From Phoronis australis (Eukaryota; Animalia; Phoronida), in contig NMRA01000224.1 in assembly GCA_002633005.1 (NCBI GenBank), forward strand, positions 315,072 to 379,071: 64,000 nucleotides of DNA. The letters are read 5' to 3'. Shown piece by piece: positions 38,591-52,370 of this stretch. The notes under the pieces were generated by a model. That model saw nothing but the letters and a program-made list of their open reading frames with translations. It was not told where the DNA came from and made no database searches. The translations under genes were made by a program, and so were the position numbers. The stretch's first letter is position 1, and every line of letters begins with the position of its first letter.

Positions 38591-38710
38591 AGTGAATATA
38601 AAATGACGCAGTAATGCCACCACAGAGCATAAGCTGATGACACACACAGTGGGACATGGCAGGTATGAAATACTGCAAAGAATGACTAATGAATTGGGGT
38701 AACAGGAAAG

Positions 38711-38980
38711 TCACGCAAACACGTGTAATGTGCGGCGCGACCCTGTTTGCTGCTCATTCAAAATAGGCTTCTCAAAAGCAATTAAAAGGGACTCTAATAC
38801 TTTCAAACGCAGCACATCGTGCTCTACGTACCGAATTGACATATTTTCCACAATTTCTCGACGGGTGATTTTACGTTCGTGACATTGCAGAAAATGATCT
38901 TGAATGGTGCCATTTTGAAGATATATAAATAACCGACGGGAAAGACTGCAAACCGTTTGACCAATGTAATATTCGTTCAT
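38711..38980 (-). mobile_element. Penelope-like GIY-YIG endonuclease fragment
   Basis: YIGQT..SLSRRL...I.DH...LKVLESLLI..EKPILNEQ. Confidence 0.85.
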
Positions 38981-39306
38981 AGCACATACAAGAATGAAAC
39001 AAGTATATTTCGAAATATAGTGTACCTTTTAATCATGGCTCTTGGTCAATTACTTCACCAATGTTCCGTTGAGTGTAAAGTTTTATTCCGAGCATACGAA
39101 CGGAACGGAAAAATGACTGTTAATAACGAAAAGTGTCGTGTATTTAATCAATTTTGTATATGTATATGTATATATCTTCTTTATTTACACACACGGCCTT
39201 CGGGCCAAAGTACAACAAAGAAACAAGTTCATTGCGATGCTATGCATACTAGTCAGTAATACACAAGTTGTTCCTTTTTTAGATTCTTATTATACATGTT
39301 TCACTA

Positions 39307-39560
39307 CTAAGGTATCCGCATTACATAAATCTCACTTAGAAACTTAGCTTTCATTTCAGAAAAAGAGTCGAAAACTAACAAAAAATTATATTCATCCTCG
39401 ACACAATTCCTCGAACATAATGTACACACTTGTCTTGATATATCATGTTTAAGTGGCGGCAAGTTTCCACTGCCAGTCTGTGGTTTGCACATCGAAAACG
39501 TGTAAAACTTTGCACAAATACTCTTGGAAGATTATCAGTTTCTAAATCGTTTTCATTTAA
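39307..39560 (-). mobile_element. Non-LTR retrotransposon C-terminal Zn-knuckle relic (RTEX-like)
   Basis: FTRFRCANHRLAVETCRH / frameshift / RQVCTLCSRNCVEDEYNFLL. Confidence 0.75.
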
Positions 39561-41555
39561 ATAAAACCTTAAAATTTTTAGAATAGTTTAACTTAGAATT
39601 AGAATCAACTACCATCTTTGCAAAACACAGTCCTTATCACGTTGTGAGAAAAAAATTACAAATATTGCTTTCACCTCTTGAAGCCCACAAACACGCAATA
39701 GATTTAGTGAACTTAGCTGGGTCCCTTTTTTGTTTTTGTTTCATTCAACCGGACACCGGTCCCCTAATTCAGTCCACACATTTGTGTGCTCAGAGGACAA
39801 AACTGTTGTACTAGTACCCCAATAACTAACTGAAGAGGTGTACTTTGTGCGCTACTTTTGATTGACGTAGAGTAGTATTGTAGCTCTGTCTAAATTAGGC
39901 ATTCTTGCACCTATAGGGGGAAGGTTTGTGTTAAAACAGTGCACGTGTACCTCCATTGTTTTTCCGTTTGTGAAAGCTTTGACGTGTCTCAGCATTGAGG
40001 AAAGGGCGCTTTCGTGGAGAGCTGAGAAGAAATCCTCCGATGAACCTGAGAACAATAGATAGTCACGACCACACAATCATTGCGTATATTTTTTCTTCAG
40101 TCACTGAGGTATTTAGAAGCTCTTCATTGTCGGGTCTGCTTCATGAAGACAGGACCAAAGTTCAGAGTCATAATTTACCTTAACAACAAAGTGTCAACCC
40201 AAAAACTCCACTTGCTAACATTTGCAAAAATGAAAGCGTGTAATTATTTCCTTGTTGAAAAGTACACTTTCAACAGAAAAAATAAAACATTCTTGATTTC
40301 TTTGTTTGATGATGTTTGAATGAACACCGTGGATGCTCTCATATAGGCGTGTGCGCCTATATCGGAAGGCATTTTCCAAAAAATAAAGGTCATGACCATG
40401 TTCACCGACGTAGGAGATGCTCCTAAGCTTAATTTATAAAATGCGCACGCGAGTGTCTTTTGTACACGCGCTTGTCACACGCGCTTGTCTTAAACAGAAA
40501 TTTATGCTCCTTTTATGTAGCACTTGTACTTAAAATGATACTAAGCCCTATCTTGGTGATTTTTTGAAACCAGTTCTCGTTTTGACACCTGCTATTTGAC
40601 GTCAATCTTGAACGATAAAAGCAGGAATCTGCTAAAAACTCGTACTCTTGAAGTCACGGGTTAGTGAGTGGTCTTTACGCAGACTTGCCGTGTAATTCAC
40701 TAAAAGCGTAGGTCAGTAGACTTTGAAAAGAGGTTTCAAAATGTCCTCTAAACTTTTGTGGGTTGTCACAGGGTTACATAACATTATTTTAGATATGTCG
40801 TTTTTAATACCTGCTAATATACCAATACTGGTTTTCGTACCCTTTTAAAAACATGCACTGTTCGGAGTAGCTGACTACGCTCAAGTGCTGTTTCGTTTTA
40901 CTCAAGTATTGTACTCAAAAGTGCATTCGCCTAATCATATGTTGGCGTAGTTCCGCACGAGCGCACGCACACGAGCTTAAAATGAGTGCATGCAAATGAA
41001 TTGCATGTAACTTAGTTTTCCACACAGATTTATTTTTAGAGATATTTTCTGTTACCATTTCAATGTTTTACATTCACTGTTATTGATTCAATCGGTGTTA
41101 ATTGGATATCTTCTTTTTCCATATTCCAAATACGGGATCTAAAACATACAAGAACGCGTTCGATTTCATAGACAAATGTTTTCCCAGCATTCCTTCACTC
41201 GCTGCCGCTGTTTGTTTTTGTTCGTCTCTAATAACTGCCAGTGTTGTTGCATAAATCAATAACTGGTAATTCTTTGATTTCTATTACTCAACTACGCGAC
41301 TCTTTTTCCAAGCTCTTTTTCACATTACAATCTGTTCAACCTTGCTTTACATTGAGCGGGCATTGTATTGTGATATAAAAACACGTGAATGGTTACGAGC
41401 GATAAAATAAACATTTAATTGAACGATTTCTGCTGTTCAGCAAAGGTGCTATATTTACTGTGCTAAGCACACTGTCGGCAGCCATTGGAAATCAATCAGT
41501 CTAGGCTACCGGCAACATCCCGTAGCCGATTGTTTTGCCTACAACGATCAAGGGC

Positions 41556-42379
41556 ATGGATTTACAAGTGTCAAGTTGTCAGCGGAGCAACAGGACACGA
41601 CAAACGTCGGGCTTCATATCAAACTCGATAACATCCCTCCGCACGTTATCAGCTTTTGAGACCGTGGAAAAAGATAACGTTAAAGAAATTCGTTGTAAAA
41701 CAAGTACTTCTTACAATCGTTGTGATTACGTTTCGGATTGAAGGCTTCATTAATCATGAGCCGAAGTAAGGATACATTTCGGCCGTGGTCGGCACCCATA
41801 CTTCGTTCGGGCCACACCCGAGCAATGGCAGCTCACAGGATGAGTTTTTACTGTACCGCGGATGATTTGAAGCTTCGCAATAAAGCACAGGCGTCCTTCA
41901 ATAGCAGCATGCAGGTAGTTGAAAATGTGGCAAAGCAAATGAAACTCTTGCAGGCGGAGCTGGTGGGTGCACGGTTACAGGCGGGGGCAGACAGCCATTT
42001 GGAGAAGGGAGGTCGGAGGAGGTATTCGTTGTCAGCTCGCACTCGAACCAGTCATAAAGAACCGATGTACTCTCTGGTAGAAACGGAACAGTCATCGGAT
42101 ACATTCGATAACTGTGAACATGAAAACGTAGACATAAACGAAGAAACTTCCATTGAACTCAATGATGAAATGTGCAGTTCGACGCAGGACACTGGAGTAC
42201 AACAGGACAAAGAAGACGCTTCGTTGAGGAAGGACGAAACTGATTCTTCGAGTTCCGATTCTGAAATGAGCGACAATGCAAAGCCGCTTAAAAGTCCTCT
42301 ACCAGTAATCACAGAAGGGAGCGCCAGTGAAATCGACCAGAGTTCCTCCGAATACAGCAAAGAAGAGGCATCATGGTCG
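41556..42379 (+). CDS. Uncharacterised Ser/acidic-rich coding region; possible upstream exon of the ankyrin gene
   Basis: 666-nt open frame 41738-42403 (ATG at 41756) with a phase-0 donor TCG|GTAGGT near its end; a short upstream ORF starts at ATG 41556. Confidence 0.5.
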
Positions 42380-43119
42380 GTAGGTGAAGCCCTGCAAAAC
42401 TAAGTGTTACATTGGGTTGGTTTTCGGAGTTGACCAGCGCAGAAAATTTCGAAAATATTTCACGTGCTACATGTACCTCGTTGTAGTAGAGTACAGTTGG
42501 GAATAGAATCGAAATGGGAAGGTCATATAATTTACTTAATTCAAGAAAAAAATTGTCATATGATTAAAGTTACATTACTGGGGAGAAAAAAAAACGATTT
42601 TCTGAGACCAGTCCCAGCGTGGAATGGAACCTGTAACCCCCACGTTACTCTTCTGGCGGGGCTATGGCTAAGTAACCGGCCTTGTTTTCAGCGAATACCC
42701 GCAAACTACTGTACGGCTAGAATTTGCGATTTGAAATAAATCAGAAAACGCAACGGTTTTTATTGCTTTATAACTCTGTCAAAGCAAATAACTTCATTCA
42801 ACAGCAATCCACAAAATATGGTATTAATTTTCGGCCGTAAAACTGATAATAGAGAAGTTTCGCAAAGCGACGTAAATGTGAAAGTCACGCATTTATAATA
42901 CCGCTTCATACATGCCGTGACGTAATCCCGGTAGTATTTGAGTATTTGACGAATATACGTAAATAAAACAACTAAATGGATCACTGAAATTTTCGGATAT
43001 AATAACATCCTTTGTCAACAGAAATAGAAATAAAGTAAAATCAAACACGATATGACAAATGAGATCTGATATTTGGCGTAATGAACATTGTTACTGAAAA
43101 AAGTAATTAAAGATGTGAT

Positions 43120-43460
43120 TTAAGAAGTCTTTATGTTTAATCCATTGGGTTCAAGTGTGTTAGGCCTATCTATCCAAAATTGTTCTCTTTTGAGTCTGTG
43201 AGTTGTACTGGGATATTGGAGTTTCTCTATTATTTGTACAGAAAAATTTTGTAGATTATGTTTTTTGTAATTGAAATGATTACCTATAGTATCAGAAATG
43301 TTTTTATGTATTATGTTAAATCTATGATTGCGAAACCGAGTTTGTAGATTACTTTGAGTTTGTCCTACATATTGAATGGGACATTTTCTACATGTTATTA
43401 GGTAAATGATATTGTTGGTAGTACAGTCAGAATAATGTTTTATTTCGAAGTGTTCATCGG
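43120..43460 (-). mobile_element. Penelope-like (Neptune-type) GIY-YIG endonuclease fragment
   Basis: CTTNNIIYLITCRKCPIQYVGQT...RF.NH...HF...H...REQFWI...TLEPNGLN. Confidence 0.9.
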
Positions 43461-43719
43461 TTTGAGAAGGTTTCGCAAAGCTACGTGAACGTGAATTATG
43501 ACGCATAATTAATTGGACGTGCCGATTCTGGTTACAATAACAAAAATGGGTTTCGCAACAGGTAAATTTCTACGTGAACATGAAAGTGATCGTGTGCTCA
43601 GGGCCCGGTGCCTTATGTCGAACTCGATCTCGAACTCAGACTCGAAATTTCATTTTGTAGTCGACTGAAGTCCAATGTCTCTCTAAAAGGCATCGCGTGC
43701 GTACATTATGGAAAGGTTA

Positions 43720-43875
43720 GCATTGGCGAATTTCAAGGGAGGCCAAGGGGGCCATTCCCCCCTAAAATTCTCCCAAATTCAGTTTGGCAGTTCGGGAGTG
43801 CGAATGTATGACGGGCAAAATCCTGAACAATACTCTGCCCTGCCCCCCCAACTCAAAATCCTGGATCCGCCCCTG
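43720..43875. mobile_element. Small hAT-type MITE, related to 48580-48835
   Basis: Shared cccctaaaattctccca and end ctcaaaatcctggatccgccc(c/a)tg. Confidence 0.7.
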
Positions 43876-46800
43876 GTTAGAATGACATGACGTAATAAAA
43901 CTGTCAATTTTATCAACGCAGTATCACAGAAAAACGGTCACAAGTATCCGACATCACCGATAATATCTATTATTATTTATTCGTCTATACAAACGAGGTC
44001 CCACGTTTATAAAAGATTGAAATATAAAATAAGAACAAGGAAATAAGTGATTAGAAATAATGAAAGTCTGGTCACTGAACTTCTATTACGCAATAAAATT
44101 GAAAACGTTTTCTCTGATTAAAGAGTCACTGTGCGCTTTTTAATAATTGAATATGATAGAAGCAAACACGGTCTCCCGGTACAGTGTATAATGTCTACAT
44201 GTATTATATTCGTCCTTTTCCTCCGTTTGCGCCAATTTGTAGATACTTCATCACCAAACAATAACAACACAAAAACGTCATATGGAATTTGACGAATAAT
44301 ATCGAGTAACCATGTTATTTAGAACCTTATCGTTAGGTCAATGTGCATTTATTCAAATATATGCAAAGTTGTAAAATTTAACTCTATAAAGCTTCTTTTT
44401 CTAAAAGTGGAAAACCAGTAATTTTTTAACTTCATATCAGTCAGTCATCAATTGGGTTACCGTGACCATATTTTTATAAAAAATAACAAAAACGAAAGTA
44501 CATCACAACAAAACCGATGAACAACATCATCATTGGCGTGATGACCAAATTTTGTTTGCTCTAAATGTCCAAGACGAAATCTCAAATACGCTGTTAGAGT
44601 TTTCTAATAACTTTATTGCCTTTGATAATCATTCTACGTCACCCTTCAAGTCTTCCTTAACCGTTTTTGATATCCTCTCGTCTTAAGTAGAGCATTTGAA
44701 AACAATTTCTAACAGCGTTTTAAAAAACAGTGTGTAAAACATCGTGTCTAAAAGTTTCTCGTGAATCTGATGAGTCATAATGCTCCAACGTAAGCCTATA
44801 TTGATTGAGGATACTCTAGGTTTACACATAAAACTACTGACAACAAAAGGAGAACCCCTCTCATAGAGTAGTCAGGTATTAGAAATATTCAGGCCCTTTT
44901 AGAATCGTACTTTCCGAGATCTAACAGTAAAGGAGATTATTTGTAGTTTTTGGAGTGGTGTAGTTAAACTGGCTGCCTGAGCTTTACCCTGAGAATTTGG
45001 ACAAGTACTGTTAAGGATATATAGCCTTTGTTCATTTAATGGGTGGAACGCTTGAATGTCAGAGAGTGCCGCAGACGGTGCATCGAAATGAAGTGGGTAA
45101 TAAATAGCTTAGCTCTTGTAAATCTAGCCTCCACAAGGTTGAAGAGATGAAGACTAGAAATATAAAATTATTTTATTTTGGTATCGTTGAATACTTGCAG
45201 TGGTCGACGAATAGCAGTACGAAGTGCTATCGTAATGGAAATGAGTGTAGGAGCCGAGATGAACAGGCTTACTCACATTACTGCATTGGCAGTGTAAACA
45301 TTACCATAGAATTCCCCTCCTGTGAATGCTTTACCCAACGGTATATTGAGCGATGTTTCTGTAATATGACTATTTCCTTGGAACACAATGGTAAGCACGT
45401 ATCTAGTGTTCTTAATTGATTTTGAATTGGTCACAAATGGAACCGTGGAAGTTTAACGCTCTTGTTTTCTATGGTTATTCTATCATCGGCCGGAACTCAT
45501 CAAAGGTGTTATTTTTGGATTATAAATCGTTTTGTTCTAATGTTGTTTTAATTAAAAGTCGTGCCATTTTTGAGACGACGATGAAGCGTTCAACAAAACT
45601 TAAAGTGCAATTTCTGCGCCACAGGATTTTTTTGTTTTACAATGATATTTTAATTGTTATGAGGATTCACCGAAAATTTTGCTGCGTTTAAAAGGTAATT
45701 TTCGAGTTTCTAGAAAGTAAAATAAATAACGAATTAAAATTCCTCCGAGGGCGAATTTGTCAATTTCCAGTTGGCAATGTCTGGGGCTTTAAATACGAAC
45801 AGATGTCAAAAAGTACACAACAAGCATTCACAATTATTAGTGAGACGATATATAAAACTGCTGTAAATTATGTTTTGTATCTCCGATGCAATCCGTGTAA
45901 TTGGTTTCTTTTTGTAAATTTTCACCATGAAAAGCGAGCTGAAGTTCTATTCCTCCCCCCCGAGGCCTCAAAGGCACTAACATTGTTCTTTTCTCATGAG
46001 CACACTTCTTTTCTCACGATCTGCATTTCTTTCTTCAAGTGTCGCAATCCTGTTCTTACAAATACAATTCTTTTCTCAGTAACCGCACATATTCAATCCA
46101 TTGCAGATTTGTTATCATGTCAGGCGGTGTCAAGCACAGCAACCTGCGCATCCTATCAGTGGTGAAACGGAATGCGGTTATTGAAAAAAGAATTAAGCTC
46201 GTAAGAACTGAATTGCGGTTAATGAAAAAAAACAACTATTGCTCGTAAGAAAATAAATTGCGTTGCTGAGAAAAAGAAACGCTGAGAATGTCCGTGCGGG
46301 CCGTGATGGATGAAGACTGGCTACCCTGTTTTCATGACCCGACCGCATACACATGTAAAATGTTAACCCATCCGTTAAATCATTCAATTTCAGAGGGAAT
46401 AAAATGACGAACATACTCCGAACAGTTACATGAAAGCTATGTCATCGCTTGCTGGAACGCAGCCATTAAAATCGGTTAAGACTGCGCCCTCTTTATAAGC
46501 CTGCTTTTAGTTTCGAGTTAGAGGTCACAGTTTTAAAGAGGCGGAGTTCTATGGTAAGGCTCACCTCCAAAAATTACTCCATACTCTACTAACAGAGGCT
46601 TAGACTTAACCTCTTTGTATTTGGTTTTAAATTATCATTATCATATTTTTGCGTTGTGAAACACTACGAAGCCGATCGAATATCAAGGCAATAAGCTATT
46701 AACTATTCCCACCCGAGGCACAACCTGTAACTCGACGCTGTAAGCGAGACGACGTAATATTCGTTTTTCCTCTGAGGGAACTCCACTGAATCAAGTGACA

Positions 46801-47085
46801 CAGCGTATGAGAAAAATCGATTATGTTCTTTAGGCATGAACTTAGTAAATGCAATTTGCTGGTTTGACTTGTAAACAAAGGCAAATGATAATGCCTGTAT
46901 AGTGACTTACAATTTGTATAAATTGGGGTTTCATCAATATTTATCCGTAGAGGGGTCGTGATACAGTTTGCGGAGAGAAGATGAGGAATAATGCTTCAAA
47001 GATGACACAGGTTGCGACACAAAACAGCACGGCCAATTTGAAATTGCACAATGGAACGCATCAAGCACACTGAGAAAAACGCCTT

Positions 47086-47191
47086 GTCAGACCTGAAGCA
47101 TGTGAACGGTCGTCAGACCTAAAGCATGTGAACGGTCGTCAGACCAGAAGCATGTGAACGGTCGTCAGACCTGAAGCATGTGAACGGTCGT
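47086..47191. repeat. 26-bp tandem repeat x4
   Basis: gtcagacctgaagcatgtgaacggtc head-to-tail. Confidence 0.95.
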
Positions 47192-47546
47192 TCACTGGAT
47201 ACTAGTGTACGAAAAGCTTTACTAAGGCCTGACCTCGAAAAAGAATTATCCACGCATTCTAATAACTTAGCAATGTTCCCCACAGGCGATGTACAAGTTG
47301 GACTTTGGAGAAGCTCTTAACTGCGCTTATTGGCGTCACCATGCACTTTGTAACAACTTTTGTCCATATTGACACAGGGATTTTTTTATTTGATTTACAC
47401 GTGTAACTTAGGTAAACTAAAACAGAGATTAAACATTGGGAAAACAAAACAAATGCTTCATTCGATCAATTCTTGTAAATCAATAAAGCCACAAAGCACA
47501 GAAGCAATTTTTATTCACCAACGTGTGTACTTTGATTTATTTTCAG

Positions 47547-50500
47547 GAAAACCACGAGGACGACGATGACGCGCCTGACGTTGTCATGGAGATGACGTTT
47601 GAGGAGAAACAGGTGAGGGCTGAAAAGAGTTGAACAAAAATGTATCGGGGTCTGACATTTTGTTTTCGCCTGGTCAGTGCACAGAATGAGTTTCACCAAT
47701 CGAAAACTTTTCCCAGCTACAGTAGGAATAAGTAAAGTACACCCCTATATGCATTGCTGTCCAATTTTTCCTAGTTCACGATAATGGAGTGAATGTCATT
47801 TTGTCGGTAACCTAAAATTAAAAAAATCAACTTCAAAACTCGATATCAGATTTTGTTCGCTTTAAATATTTGGTTTCATAAGAACATAAAGAGAATTTAC
47901 CGCAGTCGAAAGCATTCACAAAATGCGGCGCATACGTAGACCATCACCGACACATCAAGGATTTTTCTCTCGTTATCTGTTACAGGCAATGCATAACGCA
48001 GTGAGAAAGGGTGACATAGATCTGTTAGAAGACCTCCTCGACCTACCAAATGCAGATATCAACATGGAATGGGTAAGGAGTTATGGTAGAACATCGGGTT
48101 TTTTATTTCATGTGACCTTTTACATGTGGTCTAAAGAAACTGGAGCTCAAACAGCGCAGTTTCTCCACGCACGTTACCATTACGCGACAAATAAGATCCC
48201 CATCAAGATCAGAAAGCTGAAGACCGATACGTTCAAACCCCACAGAAAAAAATTGAGACTGTCTCCATTCTCGCCTCGTGAGTGTCAGTGTGTATGTATG
48301 TGTATGTGTTTTATGCAGTAAACGAGAGTAACTTGCGCAGACGACTTCAAGAGTTATGTTCAAAGGTTAATGGTCGTTTACAATACTACGAAACGAATTC
48401 AAAATCAATCAGTTTCCAAGCACATTATGAGTCCCATTATTAAACTTATATATAGATGAAAACCAAATAAACTGAAAATTTTATCAGCACAAGTGCTCAG
48501 ACACTCATTAAAAATTACTTATCGAAATTGGTCAGTTAAAACGTGCAACTGCCCTCCACCAATAGCGCCATCTTCCCAATAAGTGAATTGGAGGCGCCCC
48601 CCCTAAAATTCTCCCAGATTCCATTTGGCCGTTCGGGGTGCGAGTTGCTGACTGGTAAATGCGCGCGCCTGGGGGGGTTCGGGGTTGGGGCGAATGCAGA
48701 ATGCATAGCCTTGAATAAACCCCGTTTACCTTTTTTACCTTTTTTAGTAACAAGGTCCACAAATCCTAGGGTGGGTGCGCGCATGTGGTGAAATTCTGGT
48801 TGCCCCCCCTAACTCAAAATCCTGGATCCGCCCATGGTACCTTCCTGTGTTTCGAACTGTCAATCCCGAGTGTACTCGGTAACTTTACGCTTGAAAACGA
48901 CAATTTGACAATTGATTACTGAAGATGGTTCATTTCAGCAGCAACAAAATGCCACTTAATTCGCAAAAGCTCTTGATCGATACGCACTAGCCGGCCATGG
49001 ATACAGAGCTTAATCTAAACTGACGCGGATTATACCTATTAATCAATAAATTTGAATGTCACTCGACATGCTTGTCTGAAACTGGCAAGTTCACAGGTAA
49101 TTGGGGATTTAAAGAAGGATTAGCCGAATCTGTCTAAGCTATGGATAAAATCTGTACGATAAGCAAAGCAATGTGATTAGAACTTTCTTACTCAGTGCAC
49201 AGGGATTGAATAACAATATCTGACAATAGAGGGCGCGCTAGCTTGGCGATCATAATTATTCTAGCGCTCGCGGGACAGCTGTGGCGAAAATCTACACTAA
49301 TACACAACAGCTTTTTCTACAGTTTTGCTTGAAAAAACAGTTTACTCTGTTCCATCTTCAGAATGTTCGATTACAAATTGAAAATATGTCTGAAACTGCA
49401 GGCTTGACCTAAGCATTTACAAATTACCGAGTCCAGTAAAACTCACTGACGAAATCTAGGATGTCGATATAGTGGGGTGGGGGAAAGCTACATTTTTGCG
49501 GCGTGCTGGCGGATTTTCGTATTGGGACCGGAGGGGGTCTGCCTCGCAAATCCGTAATGCGACTGACCGATTGTAAAGTGAAATTCCCGTACTTTAGTGT
49601 ACGACATAAAATATAGAATCACCAGTTTCTAGCTCAAAGCCACCATTCGCATACGATTACAATGAGCCTACAAATTTTTAAATGTGGCTGAAAAGTAAGT
49701 GCCGACCAGTCCGATACAAAACTGGCGACTGAGAAAAATTAGGTCAAAGTGTCACCGAACGGTCCCTTTTCATAGGGAACAGACTAAAACTAAATTGAGC
49801 AAATACCAGTGGTAGGCCTAGAGTCCTTCGCTTGAACTACAAGCTGCAAAATTCCCAGTCATTTAGCAATTACCATTTTCTAAAGAAAGTAGGTAAAACC
49901 AAACGTGGCTGAAAAAAAGCATTGAGCGTCACTGGAACGAAAAAAAAATGACCTGACCCCATAATCCGACATTGTAGTAATGGTTCCCCATTCACTTTAG
50001 TGGCTGCAATTGTTTAGTGTACGCTTATGGTTCAGCACCGCCAAACCCGATCGCAAGACACTCCTACACATTGCGGAAGACACTGTGAAGAAACACTTAC
50101 AAATGCACATTTTTAAAGTTTGAAAATCCGTCTTAGAAGTTTCTACACACTTTCCTAATTTCCTAATCAAGTATCTAGTTTGCTGCAGATCGACGTATAC
50201 TCCGGTGTACATTCAGGGTCTGAAAGGTAATTTGATAGCTCAAATGCTCACAATTAATTAAATTCGACATGCATTTTTGTGATTTCAGTACGACCAGAAT
50301 TTGCTAATGGTGGCCATTCGGTGCAGACAGAGTGCAATGGCGGAGTTTCTGCTCGACAACGGAGTGGATCCTAACTTCGAAGCCGTGTTGATGGTACTGT
50401 TTACATATTTCTAGAGGCCATGTTTCCATATACAATTTATGTAGAAATTCAATTTCATAATTAAAAAAATGCAGCTCTGAGCTATAGTTCCGAAAGTGAT

Positions 50501-51665
50501 TATCACGCCGACATTAACCAATAATTAAACAGTAAATAAGATGATTATTCTGTGCTTGGTCCTGTTTCACTAGAATGTTCCACATAAACATAGAGTCAAA
50601 ACGGAGACTTACGACCAGTCTTGATGCCAATTGGCGTAAACCTCCGCAAAATTACGACATTTTGATGAGGCAGGCCCCTGATGTCGTATAAGCTGAAAAA
50701 ATTGACGACAGGTTAGGAAGAAATGAAGTTCAACACTTTCACTGTTGCAGGATATGAAAATTGAAGACGACAAAAAAGAATCTTGCTGTGATATGTACCG
50801 CATAGCCTGTCGACAGATGGCGTACGACTACGGAATGATGAATGTTGTTGAGATCATTGATTTGCTAAATAACTCTTTTCCCTCATATTTGACTCCGATG
50901 CCTCGAGCAGTACGGCTGCGAAGGCCTCCAAAACCATTACCTGAAATCGAAGACAGCGAATACAATGATATTAGTGATGAACAGTCTTCAAATGACGCTG
51001 CTCAGGAAAAAATGAAACAACCCGATGAAAAAAAGGAAAAAGTGAAAAGCAAACTGAATACGAAAAAAAGTATTGTGGAAGACAACACTCCTCCTGTACC
51101 GCCCAATCAAGAAATTGATAGAATGGATTTCGTTAGTGAATGGCGTAAGTCAGGGTGCACATATGGCGCATGCGCAAACGGAACGCTAGAGTTCCCCGGA
51201 TGGACAGTGCCAACAGTTCAAGAATCTCCCTTAAGTATCCAGTATAAGGAAACGAAGTCGTTAAACTTGCGGAAAAAGCACACTTTATCAAACGCGCAAC
51301 AATCCTTTGACGACAAGTTTATCAGTCACCTCAAAGTAAATTGTCGCGGAAGTTACAATCGGGAGAGAAAAATGTGGTCTCATGGAAACCACTCCCAATG
51401 GAAATCTAACAAACAGCGCCATGTTGGAAATGTATTTTCGGCGAGTCACACTGGTGCATTTTCAGATACCGATACAATTAATTCTTCGCCTTTCGGTTCC
51501 GGAATGTGTCGCAGTATGCAATCTAACAGATCGTATACGAGCAAACAATCAAGGAATAGCAGAATAACAGACTCTTCAGCCATAATCAAGAGTCCTACAA
51601 TTATGCGTAATACTCATCAGTCAACAACACATCTACGGTTTCCGAAGAAGCTCGCTAAACGTTAG
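47547..51665 (+). CDS. Ankyrin-repeat protein with a long disordered C-terminus (exons 47547-47612?, 47986-48072, 50289-50393, 50751-51665; 5' end unresolved)
   Basis: Phase-0 exons ENHEDDDDAPDVVMEMTFEEKQ | AMHNAVRKGDIDLLEDLLDLPNADINMEW | YDQNLLMVAIRCRQSAMAEFLLDNGVDPNFEAVLM | DMKIEDD...ACRQMAYDYGMMNVVEII...; AG/GT boundaries. Confidence 0.75.
48580..48835. mobile_element. Small hAT-type MITE
   Basis: Similar to 43720-43875. Confidence 0.7.
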
Positions 51666-52226
51666 CAATTAAGGGCGAAATACAATAGTTATCTCCCTTT
51701 CTCCCAGCAGCATAGAACTTCAGGCCTCAACGCTGGTAAACTGGGCTGAATCTCTCAAGTGAGGCAGTGTGGTCACGTGCTTCACTGATAATGCACGGCG
51801 ACACCTTGCGCAATCTTGCGTTTTCGCGAGACGTCCACAGAACGCGACCTTGGATGATTACGCTGGCGGGATGAAGACGTCATGACACTGATTGCCACCA
51901 ATTACGTGCAATAATGAAGAGTAATCATTGGTACTTCCTTGAGTGCATTTCAAGGTGTAGATACATGTACTTCTTAGTCTCTACAGTGAACCGTTTCACC
52001 TGATGTGGGGGGGGGGGGTGGCGCAAAGGCAGTTCTCGAAGGAAAACTCCGGCTTTGGCCGTAAAAACGGTATTTCGGCATCTCTTCGATGGGGCGGGTT
52101 ATGGTCTCGCTTGTGGCTTCTCCACCTTGTACACCAACTGAGTTTCGATATTATTTGATCAAGTTGATTGCTTATGAACAAAAAACTGACAAGTATCGAA
52201 CACATTACTATTGCCGCACTTGATGT

Positions 52227-52370
52227 TTACCCAGCGCTATGTCCACTCACCTATATGTTTCTCCAGCCCAGCGCCCACTCGTCTCCATGTTTACCAACCC
52301 TATTACCACACGTTTCTGTTTTCCCAGCCCTATGTTCACTCGTTTTCATATTCTCCCAGCCCTATGTCAG
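52227..52370. repeat. Degenerate ~30-bp tandem repeat
   Basis: cccagccctatgttcactc variants, about 5 copies. Confidence 0.7.

Larger units (their letters stand above)
37827..39160. repeat. ~170-bp inverted repeat arms (37827-37996 / 38991-39160)
   Basis: Arms are near-perfect reverse complements; ORFs 37857(-) and 38957(+) share the same peptide. Confidence 0.9.

Noticed and set aside
38633-38660. Hammerhead ribozyme core CTGATGA near the Penelope fragment (another at ~44767)
   Set aside because: No stem II plus GAAA partner follows, and it is on the wrong strand relative to the GIY-YIG ORF.
47086-47191. 26-bp repeats resembling a CRISPR array
   Set aside because: Head-to-tail with no unique spacers, no cas genes, and a eukaryotic context.
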